Source of the DNA: Phaeosaccion multiseriatum
Taxonomy: Eukaryota > Protista > Ochrophyta, other classes
Direction: 5' to 3'
DNA: 64,000 nt
NCBI GenBank assembly: GCA_965112735.1
Contig: OZ218959.1
Location: forward strand, 1,178,001-1,242,000
Shown: positions 35,226-48,012 of the stretch, piece by piece
How the letters are laid out: every line of letters begins with the position of its first letter
How positions within the stretch are numbered: the first letter of the stretch is position 1
Notes under the pieces: model-generated
The model's database searches: none
What the model was told of the DNA's origin: nothing
The model's input: the letters and a program-made list of their open reading frames with translations, nothing else
Made by a program: the position numbers and the translations under genes

Positions 35226-38200
35226 GCCGAAGCCAAGGCGGGGGCGGGCGGGCTTGGTGTGTCCATGCTGGTGGAAGTGGAGGAGGCCTACCTCCGTATG
35301 TATCGCATCGACGTGCTGGACCTTGGCGAGGAAGCAGGGGGGGCGGGGGGGGGGGGCGGTGGCGCGGCCGCCTGGATGGCAGCTCGTGACGCTTATGAGC
35401 AGCGAATTGAGAGGGTGGAGGAACGCATTACTCAGCTGCTCATCGGTCAGCTGCAGGGGGCGCAGACGGCAGATGACATGTTTCGCATCTTTGCGCGCTA
35501 CAAGCCTCTGTTCTACCGGCCTCGCATTCAAATGGCCATCAGTCAGTTCCAGATGGAGCTGGTGAGTAACGTCAAAGAGGCGGTTACCATGCTCAAGGGC
35601 AAGTTTATTCAGAGGTACGAGGCGAGCGAGGCAAGGACTCTGGCCAAGCTCAGGGACATCCCTCCAGTGGCAGGAAGGATTCTGTGGGCGAGACAGATCG
35701 AGCGCCAACTGAAACTGTTGCTGAGTCGCATGGAAGACGTTCTGGGGGATAACCTCAAGGACAACGCTGAGGGCAAGCGAGTCAAGGCTGAGTGCAAGGA
35801 GCTGCTGAAGGGGGTGGACACCAATCGCGGCTTCATCGACTGGGTCACCGAGTGGAGTCAGAAGGTCAAGGATGGGGAGACGGGCCACCTGTTTTCCACG
35901 TCTCTGCTGCGGGTGGTGCCGACCATTAGTGGCAATTTACAGCTGACAGTCTGCTTCGAGGAAGAGGCAGTCACGCTCATAAAGGAAGTGCGCCACTTGG
36001 CAGGGGGAATCGAACTCGAGCAGCTCAGCGACAAACAGATTGCGCTGCTGGAGACGGTCAAGAAGCTCTCGCACAAGGCCAGTGCGCGCTACCCGACCGC
36101 CATGGCTCTGCAGGCCATTCTGAGGACGTACTACATTTCCAGAGCCACGCTGTCTCCAGACGGAGAGGCGCTCCTCAAGCCCTATCTGGAGGAGGTCAGG
36201 AGCGTTGTCGTTCATGCCTTCCCCGAGAGCAAGACGCGTATCAGCAGCGGCAGCAGTGGTAGCAGCAGCGGTGGCCCCGATCTGCAGCAGTTGGTGACAC
36301 AGAAGCAGGGGCAGGTGACGTGGGAGGCGGACGGGAAGGTGCTGAGTGAGTGGATCACGGCACTGTCCGACCATGTATTCACGCTGCAGGAGAGAGCAGA
36401 GGAGGTCAAGGCTGTGCTCGAGGGCGTCGAGGAGACGGTGGAGCACCTCAAGGTGGGTCGGGAGGCAGGCATATGGGCGGACAGACAGAGAGGCACATGG
36501 GGGGGCAGCCATTTGGGCAGGCATATGGACGGGCAGGCAGGCTGGCAGACAGGCCTCTGTCTGCCTATGGTGGATAGTCCAGTAAAAGAGCGCAGTACGT
36601 GTGTCAGGAACGACCGCGGACTCGCCATCCTCTCACAGTGTTGTTCTTTGTCTGTCTTGCATCTTTGACCTGACACGGTTTCACGTCCTCCCCATCCCAT
36701 CCACTGCCATCCCCACCCGTCCCACCGGCTCAGGTGTGTCCCTTCGAGCGAGAGGCGCTGGGGGAGGGCATGGCGTCTCTTCAGAAGCTCGTGGACAAGC
36801 TCTCTGTGAAGGGCTGCAGCAACTTGGGCGTGTGGGTGAGGCAGCTCGACGCGAGGATGGAGGACGTACTGACGCGTCGGCTAGAGGTAGCCATGCAAGC
36901 CTGGGTACAGGCCTTTGACTCCTCCTCCTCCTCATCTTCTTCTCCAGCGCCGGAAGACGGGTCCTCTCGACAAGGAGAGGGAGGCGGAACAGGAGGAGGA
37001 GGAGAAGGAGGAGGAGGGGAGGAAGGGGAAGGGGCTGAAGTGGATGAGCTCGCTGCCTCGGCGTCCCTGCCTGTGGTGGAGCTCGAGTGCTCTGTGCACG
37101 AGTTGGTGCTTCACAACCAAGTCCTCAGCGTGAGCCCTCCTCTGCAGCAGGCGCGGGCCGCCTGGATTCGGCAGTTCCATCGCTACCTGGGCATTGCAGC
37201 TGAGCAACCACGACTCATCTTCCGGCGCTTCGAGGTGCTTGGGGGGGGGGTTGTGGGTGGGGGGGACGACAATAGCAGGGGGGCCAACGGCGACGGCGGT
37301 GGAGGGGGAGTAGGCCTTGATGGGCAAGGAGGAGGAGGGGGAGGAGAAGGAGGAGGAGGAGGAGGAGGAGGTCTGACCTATCGAGCCGTGCTGCATCGCA
37401 TCCCTCCCGCGATGCTGAAGAAGGCGTACGCGGAGATTGAGGGGCAGCTAGGGCTTGTGCAGGACTACGTCGACGGTTGGCTGCAGTTCCAGTCACTGTG
37501 GGACATGTCCAAGGGGGCGGTGGAGGAACAGGTCGGGGGCGATATCACGGCGTGGTGCACGCTGCTGCAAGAAGCCAAGCAGGCAAGGAAGGCCATTGAG
37601 AGCACCGACACCGAGAAGGCCTTTGGGCCCGTGATTGTCGACTTTAGCCGCGTGCAGGCGAAGGTCAATCTCAAATATGACTCTTGGCAGAGAGAGCTGC
37701 AGATGCAGTTCGCAGACATCCTCTCCACCGCCTTGGGGGAGGCCTTTGAGAGCCTGGGTGAGGCCAAGAGGAAGTTGGAGCTCACGTCGCTGACCGGGGC
37801 TACACAGGACGTGATAACTTCTGTAACGTACATTCAGGAGCAAAGGTACCATCAGGAGAGTGTGCAGAGACGCGTGGCGATCCTCGAGAAGGGAGAGAAG
37901 ATGCTCAAGCGGCAGCGTTACGCCTTGCCCGAGGGGAGCGTGTCGAGCTCCCGGGTCGTGGCGGAGTATGGAGACTTTGATCAAGTCTTGGGTCGGAGGG
38001 TGGCCACCATGGAGGGGCAGGTGTGTATGCTACAGTGGTATATGGTGTATCACCAACTTCAATGGTGGGGTGTGGTGTGGTGTGGTGGTTGAACGGATGT
38101 TGCCGCCGGCTGCCCCACTTGATTCGCACCCCTGCAGGCCCTTGACAATGACTATGATGTGTGTGTGCGTGCGTGTATGCATGTGTGTGCGTGTGTGTGC

Positions 38201-39339
38201 GTGTACATCAGGTGCCCATGCTCCAAGCCAAGGTCCGGACGGAGGACAGGCTTGCCTCCAAGCGTATGGCCGACCTCGCAGCGGACTGGGACGCTTCCAA
38301 GCCCCTGGGGGTTACGGGGGTGACATCTAGTGAGAGTGGCGAGGGTGGGGGAGAAGGAGGAGGAGGAGGAGGAGGAGGGGCAGCAAGTCCGATGGAGGCG
38401 CTTGCGGTGGTGAGTCGCTTCGAAGTGGCGGTGCAAAAGGCCCGGACAGAGTTCGACATGCTCGAGGCCGCCAAGCGAGCGCTCGATTTGGAGGCGTATG
38501 GTGCGGAGGACGTGCTGCTTCCCGTGCAGGGGGAGATTGCTGACTTACGCGGTGTGTGGACGGCGCTGAGGGGCGTCAATGAGAAGCTCTCCGAACTTCG
38601 TGAGACGGCGTGGAGTGCTCTTGTGCCACGCAAGGTTCGCAAGCAGCTGGACGGCATCAACGATGAGCTCAGGGCCCTCCCCAATCGGATTCGCCAGTAC
38701 GATGCCTACGCACAGTTCCGAGACAAGATTAAGGATAACTTGTCCGCCCAGCCGCTGCTCTCGGACCTTCGCTCAGAGGCTCTGAAGGAGAGGCATTGGA
38801 AAGTCATCTTTCGACGGCTGAACATGCGGGGCTCCCTCACCAGCCTCTCTCTGGGGCAGCTGTGGGACGCTGGGGTGGAGGCACGCAAGAAGGAGCTCAT
38901 GGAGATAGTGGCCACCGCGCAGGTGAGTGAGGAGCCTAGTGAGGGTGGGGTGGGGTGGGGTGAGGTTGGTGATTCAGTGGATGGGAGCCTAGTTGAGCTG
39001 AACGAGTCTGTCGTCCCTTCCCTTGTTTCTCACCCCATCTACCCCCCCCCCCCACCCACCCACCAACACACGCACGCACGCGCCCATTGACATACCATAA
39101 CACACAGGGCGAGATGGCACTGGAAGAGTTCCTCCGGTCTGTGAGGGAGTGCTGGCAGGACCTCGAACTCGACCTCATCTCTTACCAGAGCAGAGTGCGC
39201 CTCATCCGTGGATGGGACGGCCTCTTCGCCCAATTAGAGGAGCATCTTAACTCACTCAGGTTCGTTTCAGTTTCTGTTTGAGATACCATTCCTTCCACAC
39301 TTGAACCCTTCCCTCACTTTCTCTGCGGTGTCTCGCTCA

Positions 39340-39370
<31 letters not shown>

Positions 39371-41614
39371 GCACACACACACACCCACACGCACGCACGC
39401 ACGCACGCTCCCACAGCACCATGAAGAGCTCTCCTTACTTCAAAGCCGTGAAGGAGTTTCAAGAGGATGCGGCCCTCTGGGAGGGGAGGCTGGGGAAGCT
39501 GCAGGCCGTGTTCGACGCCTGGGTGGACGTGCAGCGGCGCTGGGTGTACCTCGCGGGCATCTTCTTCGGCTCCGCGGACATCAAGGCGCAGGTCTGACTG
39601 TCTTGTCCTGACACCTAGTAATACCTAATACCCCTCTACTCTTGTCCTGACACCCATTTGTACCCCTCTTCTTCTGTCCTGTCACCTAGCGTCCCTCTAC
39701 TTCTGTCCTGACACCTAGTAATACCCCTCTAGTTTTGTCCTGACACCCATTACTGTCCTGTCACCTACATGTAGCGTCCCTCTACTTCTGTCCTGACACC
39801 TAGTAATACCCCTCTACTCTTGTCCTTACAGCCATTAGTACCCCTCTTCTTCTGCCCTGACACCCATTAGCACCCCTCTACTTCTGTCCTGACACCTAGT
39901 AGCCACCCTCTACTTCTGACCTGACACCTGGTATAACCCCTCTGCTTCTGTCCTCCTAACACCTGACACCTATCACCTATCACCTCGCACTACTCCTGAT
40001 GCCTATCACTCCGCTCTGACACTCCGTCCTGCTGACACCTCCCTCCCCTCCTTTCCTCCTTCCTCACTCTCACTCTCTCCACTCAGCTGCCCGCCGAGTA
40101 CGCTCGTTTCAAGGGCGTGGACGGGGAGTTCTTGCAACTGATGAGGCGCGTGAGCCACAAGCCTGCCGTGCTGGGAGTGCTGTCCATTGACAAGCTCCTG
40201 CCCCAGTTGGAGAGGATGGAGTCGCTCATGAGCAAGATTCAAAAGGCGCTGGGCGAGTATCTGGAGAGGCAGAGGGGCGCCTTTAGCAGGTTCTACTTTG
40301 TGGGAGACGAGGTGAGTGAGGGAATGAGTGGGTGAGTGGGTGAGTGAGGGGATGAGTGGGTGAGTGGGTGAGGGAGGGAATGAGTGGGTGAGTGGGTGAG
40401 TGAGGGAATGAGTGGGTAAGTGGGTGAGTGAGAGAATGAGTGGGTAAGTGGGTGAGTGAGAGAATGAGTGGGTAAGTGGGTGAGTGAGAGAATGAGTGGG
40501 GAAGTGGGTGAGTGAGGGAATGAGTGGGTAAGTGGGTGAGGGAGGGGACTGGAGTAGAACTATCTAGTGTGTGGAAATGAAGGATTGTGATTGCTTAGCG
40601 TAGAGAGAGAGGCGTTTAACGCTGCCCCCCCCCCCCTCCCCGCCCTCGTCCTCTGCCATCCCCCCTTCAGGACCTGTTGGAGATCATCGGCAACTCCGGA
40701 GAGCCCTCCAAGCTCACGCAGCACCTCAGTAAGATGTTCGCCGCCCTCTCCAGCGTCAAGATAGAGGGCGGAGGAGGAGCAGCACCAGCAGTTGGTGATA
40801 CAGCAGCAACACCAGTAGCGGCAGGAGGAGAAGTAGGAGGAAGGAGTCCAGCGGGCCCCTTGCGTCTGACGTCCATGATATCGAGGGACGGAGAGGAAGT
40901 AGCTCTGCAGGAGAACGTCGTGCTCACCCTCGCCCCACAAGGAGGCACCGAGGCGGGGGCCGCAGTAGCCAAGACCAAGGGCATCAAGGAGTGGCTGGGC
41001 GAGCTCGAGGGGGGTATGCAATCCACCTTGGCCCACCTTCTCGTAAGTTGGGTGGTCGGTCGGTCTCTGTGGCTGCCGTTTTCCTACCCCCCCTCCCCAG
41101 AGAGGCTCTCCTTGTCATGCCTTGCGCGATGTATGTCGTGCTGACCCTGTTGCTGTCCTCCTCCTCCTCCTCCTCCTCCTCCTCCTCCTCCTCCTCCTCC
41201 TCCTCCTCCTCCCCGTCCTCCTCCTCCTCCTCCTCCTCCTCCTCCTCCTCCTCCTCCTCCTCCTCCTCCTCCTCCTCCTCCTCATTGTCGTCGTCATCCC
41301 TCCCCCCCGTGCCGGTCTCAGGGCGCTGCCGTGAAGGAAGCGGCCTCAGCCACCGAAGGCGAGGCCTTCCTAGCGTGGTGCGGCTCCTTCCCTGCCCAGG
41401 TGGTGATCTTGGCTGCTCAAGTGTCCTGGTCTGCAGGGGTGAACGAGGCCCTGGGAGGGGGCGGCGGAGGCTTGGAAGGATGCCTGGAGGGGCTGCAGAA
41501 GAGACTCAGGTCAGGAAGGAAGGAAGGAAGGGAGGAAGGAAGGGAGGGAGGGAGGGAGGGAGGGAGGGAAGAGGGAGGACAGCAGGAAGTGGAGCGGGGC
41601 AGAGCGGTCCTCCT

Positions 41615-41651
<37 letters not shown>

Positions 41652-43742
41652 GTTACGCTCTACCTCACTCCCCTGCCCCCCCGTCTATCCTTCTAAGGCG
41701 TTTCCCTTCGCACCTCACTCCCCTGCCCTCCCACTTCCTGACGATTACCCCCGTCTATCCTTCTAAGGCGTTTCCCTTCGCTCTTCCTTCCCCGCCGTGG
41801 ATGGGCCGTGTGTCATGTGTTTTGAGATGTAACGTCCATGTGACCCTCTGTGATGTCCATATGACCCCATCTGATGATGTCCGTATGACCCTCTCTCATC
41901 TGTCGCTCACCCACTGCCGTCCTCTACCGTGTACAACCAACACACACACTCAAAGCAAAACGCCTTTCCACTCAACCAACCCACCCAATCACTCCACCCA
42001 ATGACCCCTTAAAGACTGATGGCGGAGAGCGTCCTCAGCGACGTACCCCCTCAACTCCGGCGCAAGTACGAGCAACTCATCACCGAAGTAGTGCATCAGA
42101 GGGACGTCACGAGGCGGCTCAGGGCAGACGGGGTCACCTCCCCTTCCTCCTTCGGCTGGCTGTACCACCTGCGCTTCTACTTCGACCCAGCGGAGAGGGA
42201 CCCCTTGCTCCGCCTGGCCATTCGGATGGCGGACGCGTCCTTCTACTACGGCTTTGAGTACCTGGGAATTGGTGAACGCCTGGTACAAACCCCTCTCACG
42301 GACAGATGCTACCTTACCCTGACGCAGGCCTTGAGGTTTCGCATGGGGGGCAACCCCTTCGGCCCCGCGGGGACGGGTAAGACCGAGTCGGTCAAGGCGC
42401 TGGGGGGGCAGCTAGGACGGTTTGTGTTGGTGTTTAACTGCGATGAGGCCTTCGACTATGGAGCCATGGGGAGACTCTTCGCAGGATTGTGCCAGGTGGG
42501 GTGGGGGGGGGGGGGGGATAGCGGGAGAGGGGAGGGAGGGGACTCACTCATCCACTCACCCACTCACTCACTCACTCACTCACTCACTCACTGACTGACT
42601 GAGTCACTCGCTCACCCACTCACCCACTCACTCACTCACTCACTCGCTCTACTCACTCTGTTTCTCCCTCCCCCCCCTCCTACCCCAAACAACAGGTGGG
42701 TGCCTGGGGCTGCTTCGACGAGTTCAACCGCCTGGAGGAGCGAATCTTGTCGGCCGTGTCGCAGCAGATCCTCACCATCCAGAGAGGCCTCATCCAGCAG
42801 AAGGCCTCCATTGACTTCTTGGGCAGGGGCATCTCGCTCAACCCCAACCTTGGAATCTTCGTCACCATGTACGTATGGAAGGCTATGCCTCTTACATGTT
42901 TGCTTACGTGTGTACTTACACCTCCGGGGGGTGTAAGGGTGTGTTTGCGTAAGGCTTACATGTGATGTTATGTGGTGTTACGTAACGTTATAGCATTACG
43001 TATGTGTTACGTGACGGCATCTCATATCTCACAGGAACCCTGGCTACGCGGGGAGGAGCAACCTTCCCGACAATCTCAAGCAGCTGTTCCGAGGAGTGGC
43101 CATGGTGGTGCCCGACAGGCGCCTCATCGCCCAGGTATACATACATCAGTCCATCAGTCAATGTGATGCACACTGAAGTCAACGAAGGAGTCATGATGCG
43201 AATGTAGCCACGGCATACATACATACATACATACACCCCCTGCGATGATGTTTTGTCGCACCCGCTTCTCAGCATCCTGCTCCCTCCCTCCCCATTCTCT
43301 ATTTCTATCAATACCTCTCGCCCTCTCCCCTCTCCCTCCCTACCCTCCCTCCCTCCCTCCCTCCCCTCTCTCCTCCACCTCCCTCCCTCCCTTCCCACAG
43401 GTCATGCTCTTCTCCCAAGGCATTGCTCACGCCGAGGAGCTGGCTGGCAAGATCGTGCTCCTGTTCCAGCTATGCGAGGAGCAGCTATCCCCACAGACGC
43501 ACTACGACTTTGGCCTCAGAGCTCTCAAGAGCGTGCTGGTGGGGGCTGGAGGACTCAAGCGAGCGGCCCTGGCCAAGGGAGGTGAGTGGCAAGGCCAAGG
43601 TGGGGACTACCTCCAGTGGTTCGAATGATTTGAGGAGTGATTTGAGTGATTGGGTGACGCATGCGCAGCAGGCAGACATCATCTGCCTGCTGCATCTGCC
43701 TGCTGCGCGTCAGACCAGAACAGACTAGTTGTGTGTGTGTGA

Positions 43743-43778
<36 letters not shown>

Positions 43779-46757
43779 GTGGTACGTGCGTGCATGTGTG
43801 TGTGAAAGGAAACCAATGGAACGGTCTCTCTCTCCCTCCTCTCTCTCCCTCTGCGCAGTGTCTGGCAGTGAGCAGTCCCTCTCCTCTGTGGAGCAGGAGG
43901 TGCTCATCCGCAGTGCGTGCAACACCGTGGTGCCCAAGCTCGTGGCAGAGGACTCCATCCTCTTCTCCTCCCTCCTCAAAGGTAAGCTTGGGTATCAGGT
44001 GTCAGGTGTCAGGTGTCAGATGTCAGATGTCAGGTGTCAGGTATCAGGTGTCAGGTATCAGGTGTCAGGTATCAGGTGTCAGGTGTCAGGTATCAGGCGT
44101 CAGGTGTCTGGTGTGAGGAGTGAGGTGTCAGGTATCAGGTGTCAGGTGTCAGGTGTGAGGAGTGAGGTATCAGGTGTCAGGGGTCATGTATCAGGTGTCA
44201 GGTGTCAGGTATCAGGTATCAGGTGTCAGGTGTCAGGTGTCGGACCAGCCATCCACCCATCCACCCGTTCACCCATTCACCCACCCACCCACCCATTGAC
44301 ATGCTTCACCCACAGGCGTGTTTCCGGGCTGTGAGGAGGAGCTTCTTGACGATGCAGCGCTGGTGCAGCAGATGGAGATGGTGTGCAAGAGAAGGAATCT
44401 TGTGTTGGGCTCTGTGTGGAAGGAGAAGGTGCTGCAACTCAGACAGGTGGGTGGAGGTGTATGGGGGAGGGAGGGAGGAAGGGGATGGATGAGTGGTTGA
44501 GTGTGTGTGTAGTTTGAGTAGAAGATTGAAGAGTGAGTGAGTGAATGAGACAGTACATGGAGTAAAGTGAGTTGGTGAGTGAGAGGGTGACGTGTGGCAC
44601 GCTTTGATTTAGTTTTTGCCATGTATGCGACATAGCAGCTTAGCCTTCATCTTCCCTGGCCCTGCCTGTTTTCCCGTTTTATCCGCCTGTCTGCCCCTGC
44701 CTATATACCTCACCCATGCGCCTGTCCATCCGCCTCTATCTGTCAGGTGCTGGAGCTGCGGCACGGCGTGATGCTCATGGGCCCCTCAGGCAGCGGCAAG
44801 AGCTCCGCCTGGAGGGTGCTGCTGGAGGCCCTGGAGCTTGTCGATGGGGTCAAGGGCGAGGCACACGTCATCGATCCCAAGGCCATCGGGAAGGAAGCCC
44901 TCTACGGCTCGCTGGACCCAACTACGCTAGAGTGGACGGACGGGGTGTTCACCAAAGTGAGGGGGCGTGGCGCGGGGTGGGAGGGAGGGGATGGGGGGAG
45001 GGAGGATGAGGCTGAAAGAAGGGTGGGTGGTGTATGTGTTTCTGTTTCCTATATGAGGAGAGAGTGAGCTTCCTGTTTGCTCTTCCATCTCATTACTTCG
45101 TATCTCCCCCCCCCACCCGCTCCTCCCTCTGTGCCTCCCTCCCTCCCTCCGTCCCTCTCTCCCTCCCGCCCTCCCTCCTTCCCTCCTTCCCTCCCTCCCT
45201 CTGTCCCCTCCCTTCCCTTCCCTTCCTCCCTTCAGCTGCTCCGAGAGGTGATCCTGAACAAGCGAGGAGGGGCCGAACGCAGGCACTGGATCATATTCGA
45301 CGGAGACGTGGACCCCGAGTGGGCAGAGAACCTCAACTCCGTGCTCGACGACAACAAGATGCTCACGTTGCCGAGGTAAGCCCGGCCTGCCCGTATGCCC
45401 GTATGCCCGTATGCTCGTATGCCCGTATGCCTGTATGCCCGTATGCCCGTATGCCCGTATACCCGTATGCCCGTATGCCTGTATACCCGTATGCCTGTAT
45501 GTCCGTATGCCCGTATGCCCACATGCCCGTATGCCTGTATGCCCGTATGCCCGTATGCCTGTGTGCCTGTATGCCCGTATGCCCGTATGCCCGTATGCCC
45601 GTATGCCTGTATGCCTGTATGCCCGTATACCCGTATGCCCGTATGCCCGTTTGCGCTTGCTGTGTTGTTCTGCCCCTTTTGGCCTGCGTCTGTGCCCCTG
45701 ACTGCTGACTGCCCCTCCTGACACCTTGTTTGCATTGTGCCTCGGCTTTCTCTCTCCCTCTCTCCCTCCCTCCCTCCCTCCCTCCCTCCCTCCCTCCCTC
45801 CCTCCCTCCCTCCCTCCCTCTCTCTCCCCCTCCCTCCCTCCCTCCGGACGCCTTGTACCTATCAGTGGCGAGCGCCTCGTGATCCCCTCCTCTATGCGCA
45901 TCATGCTCGAAGTGGACTCACTCCAATACGCGACGCTGGCAACTGTGAGTCGCTGCGGAATGGTGTGGTTCAGCGGAGGCACCGAGCCCGGTACAGAAGG
46001 AGGCGATACGGCAGAGACTGCGGCAGGACCAGCTGCAGCAGTTGGTGATGCAGCAGCAGCAGCAGGAGGAGGAGGAGGAGGAGGAGAAGGAGCGGAGTGT
46101 GTGACTACGGCCATGTTGCTGCAGCACTACCTCGGTAGACTGCGTAGCACCAACCTAACAGATGACGACGCTGGGGACGGGGGAGGAGGAGGGGGAGGGG
46201 GAGTGGCAGGAGGAGGAGGAGGAGGAGGAGGAGGAGGAGGCGAGGGACAAGCGGCTTCAGGAGGAGGGGAGGAAGATGGGCGGCTGTCTGCCCAGAGAGC
46301 CTTCGTGGCCGCGATTGAGGGCCACTTCAGCAGCGCCGGAGGAGAGGGAGACGACCTACTCACAGATGGCGATTCAAGCGGCCTGGTGGTGGAGGGTCTG
46401 CGCTTCGCTCTGGAGCAAGACCACGTAATGCCCGCCACAAGAGAGAGGCTGGTGGCCACGCTCTTCTCTCTGCTGGAGAGGGGTGTTGTGTTGGTGCTAC
46501 AGTACGGCGAGGAGCACCCCGACTTCCCCATGGCGGATAATGTGCTCCAGGCCTTTGCGCTCAAGTGGCTCCTGCACAGTCTGTTGTGGGGATTCGCCGG
46601 ATCGAGCCCCCACGCCGGCAGACTGAAGTTGTCCGAGGTGCTGCTGGAGCACTGCCCAGGTGCTCTTGCCTCCTCTTTGCCTCTACCCGGCTCGGCCACC
46701 AGCCTCATTGATCTGCAGGTGAAGGAGGGCAGGATAGGGGAGGCGGGGGTTGGAGGG

Positions 46758-46818
<61 letters not shown>

Positions 46819-47822
46819 GCTGTTGTTGTTGCTGTTGTTGCTGTTGTTGCGGCTGCTCTTATTGTTGTTGCTGTTATTGTTGCTACTGCTCGGAACCTGA
46901 CACACTGACTACCATTTTCTCTTCTTCACCCTACCTTACTGCCTCGTGCATGCCATCCTATCCCCCCCCCTCACCTCCCCATCCCTCCCTCCCTCCCTCC
47001 CTCCCTCCCTCCCTCAGGTGAGCGTGGAGACTGGCGAGTGGGTCCCTTGGAGCAGCAGCGTGCCTCGCATGGAGATTGAGACACACAAAGTCGTGGCCAG
47101 CGATGTCGTCGTCACCACCACAGGTATGTAATGTTGCGTGAGGGAAAAGAATAGCTCCGGCTTGCAGCTTCAGTTTCAGCTTCAGTTTCAACTTAAATCT
47201 ATGTCGTGTGTTCGCGTTCAACGTACACGTAATCGTGTGTAATGGTGCGCTTCCCTGCCTCCCTCGCTTCCCTCCCTCCCTCCCTCCCTCGCTCCCGTCC
47301 CTTCCGCCCCCCCCCCCATCCACTGCCATACCCTCCTCAGACACTGTGCGCCATGTCGAGGTGCTTCAGGCGTGGTTGGCGAGTCACAAGCCGCTCATTC
47401 TGTGCGGCCCTCCCGGGTCGGGCAAGACCATGACCCTCACCAGCACGCTGCAGGTAGGCGAGTTGGCACGTTTTGGTCTACTATAGAAGCCTCTCAAGAG
47501 GGGGGCGACACCCTCACTCACTCACTCACTCACTCACTCACTCACTCACTCTCTCTGTCTCATACACACTCATAATACTCACTCACCCACCCACCCAACC
47601 ACCCAACCACGCCCCCAACTCTCTCCAGGCGATGCCCAACCTTGTGCTCGCAAGCCTCAACTTCTCGTCCTCCACCACCCCGGCGCTCATCCTCAAGACC
47701 TTCACTCAGTACTGCGAGACAGTGCGCACCCCGCAGGGGCTGGTGATGCAGCCTGCTCAGGTGGGTGGACGGCGGTTGCTTGGGGCGGTTGGTTGTGGGG
47801 CAGCTCCCTTCCCTCTCTCTCT

Positions 47823-47883
<61 letters not shown>

Positions 47884-47943
47884 GGGTGGACGGCGGTTGC
47901 TTGGGGCGGTTGGTTGTGGGGCAGCTCCCTTCCCTCTCTCTCT

Positions 47944-48012
<69 letters not shown>

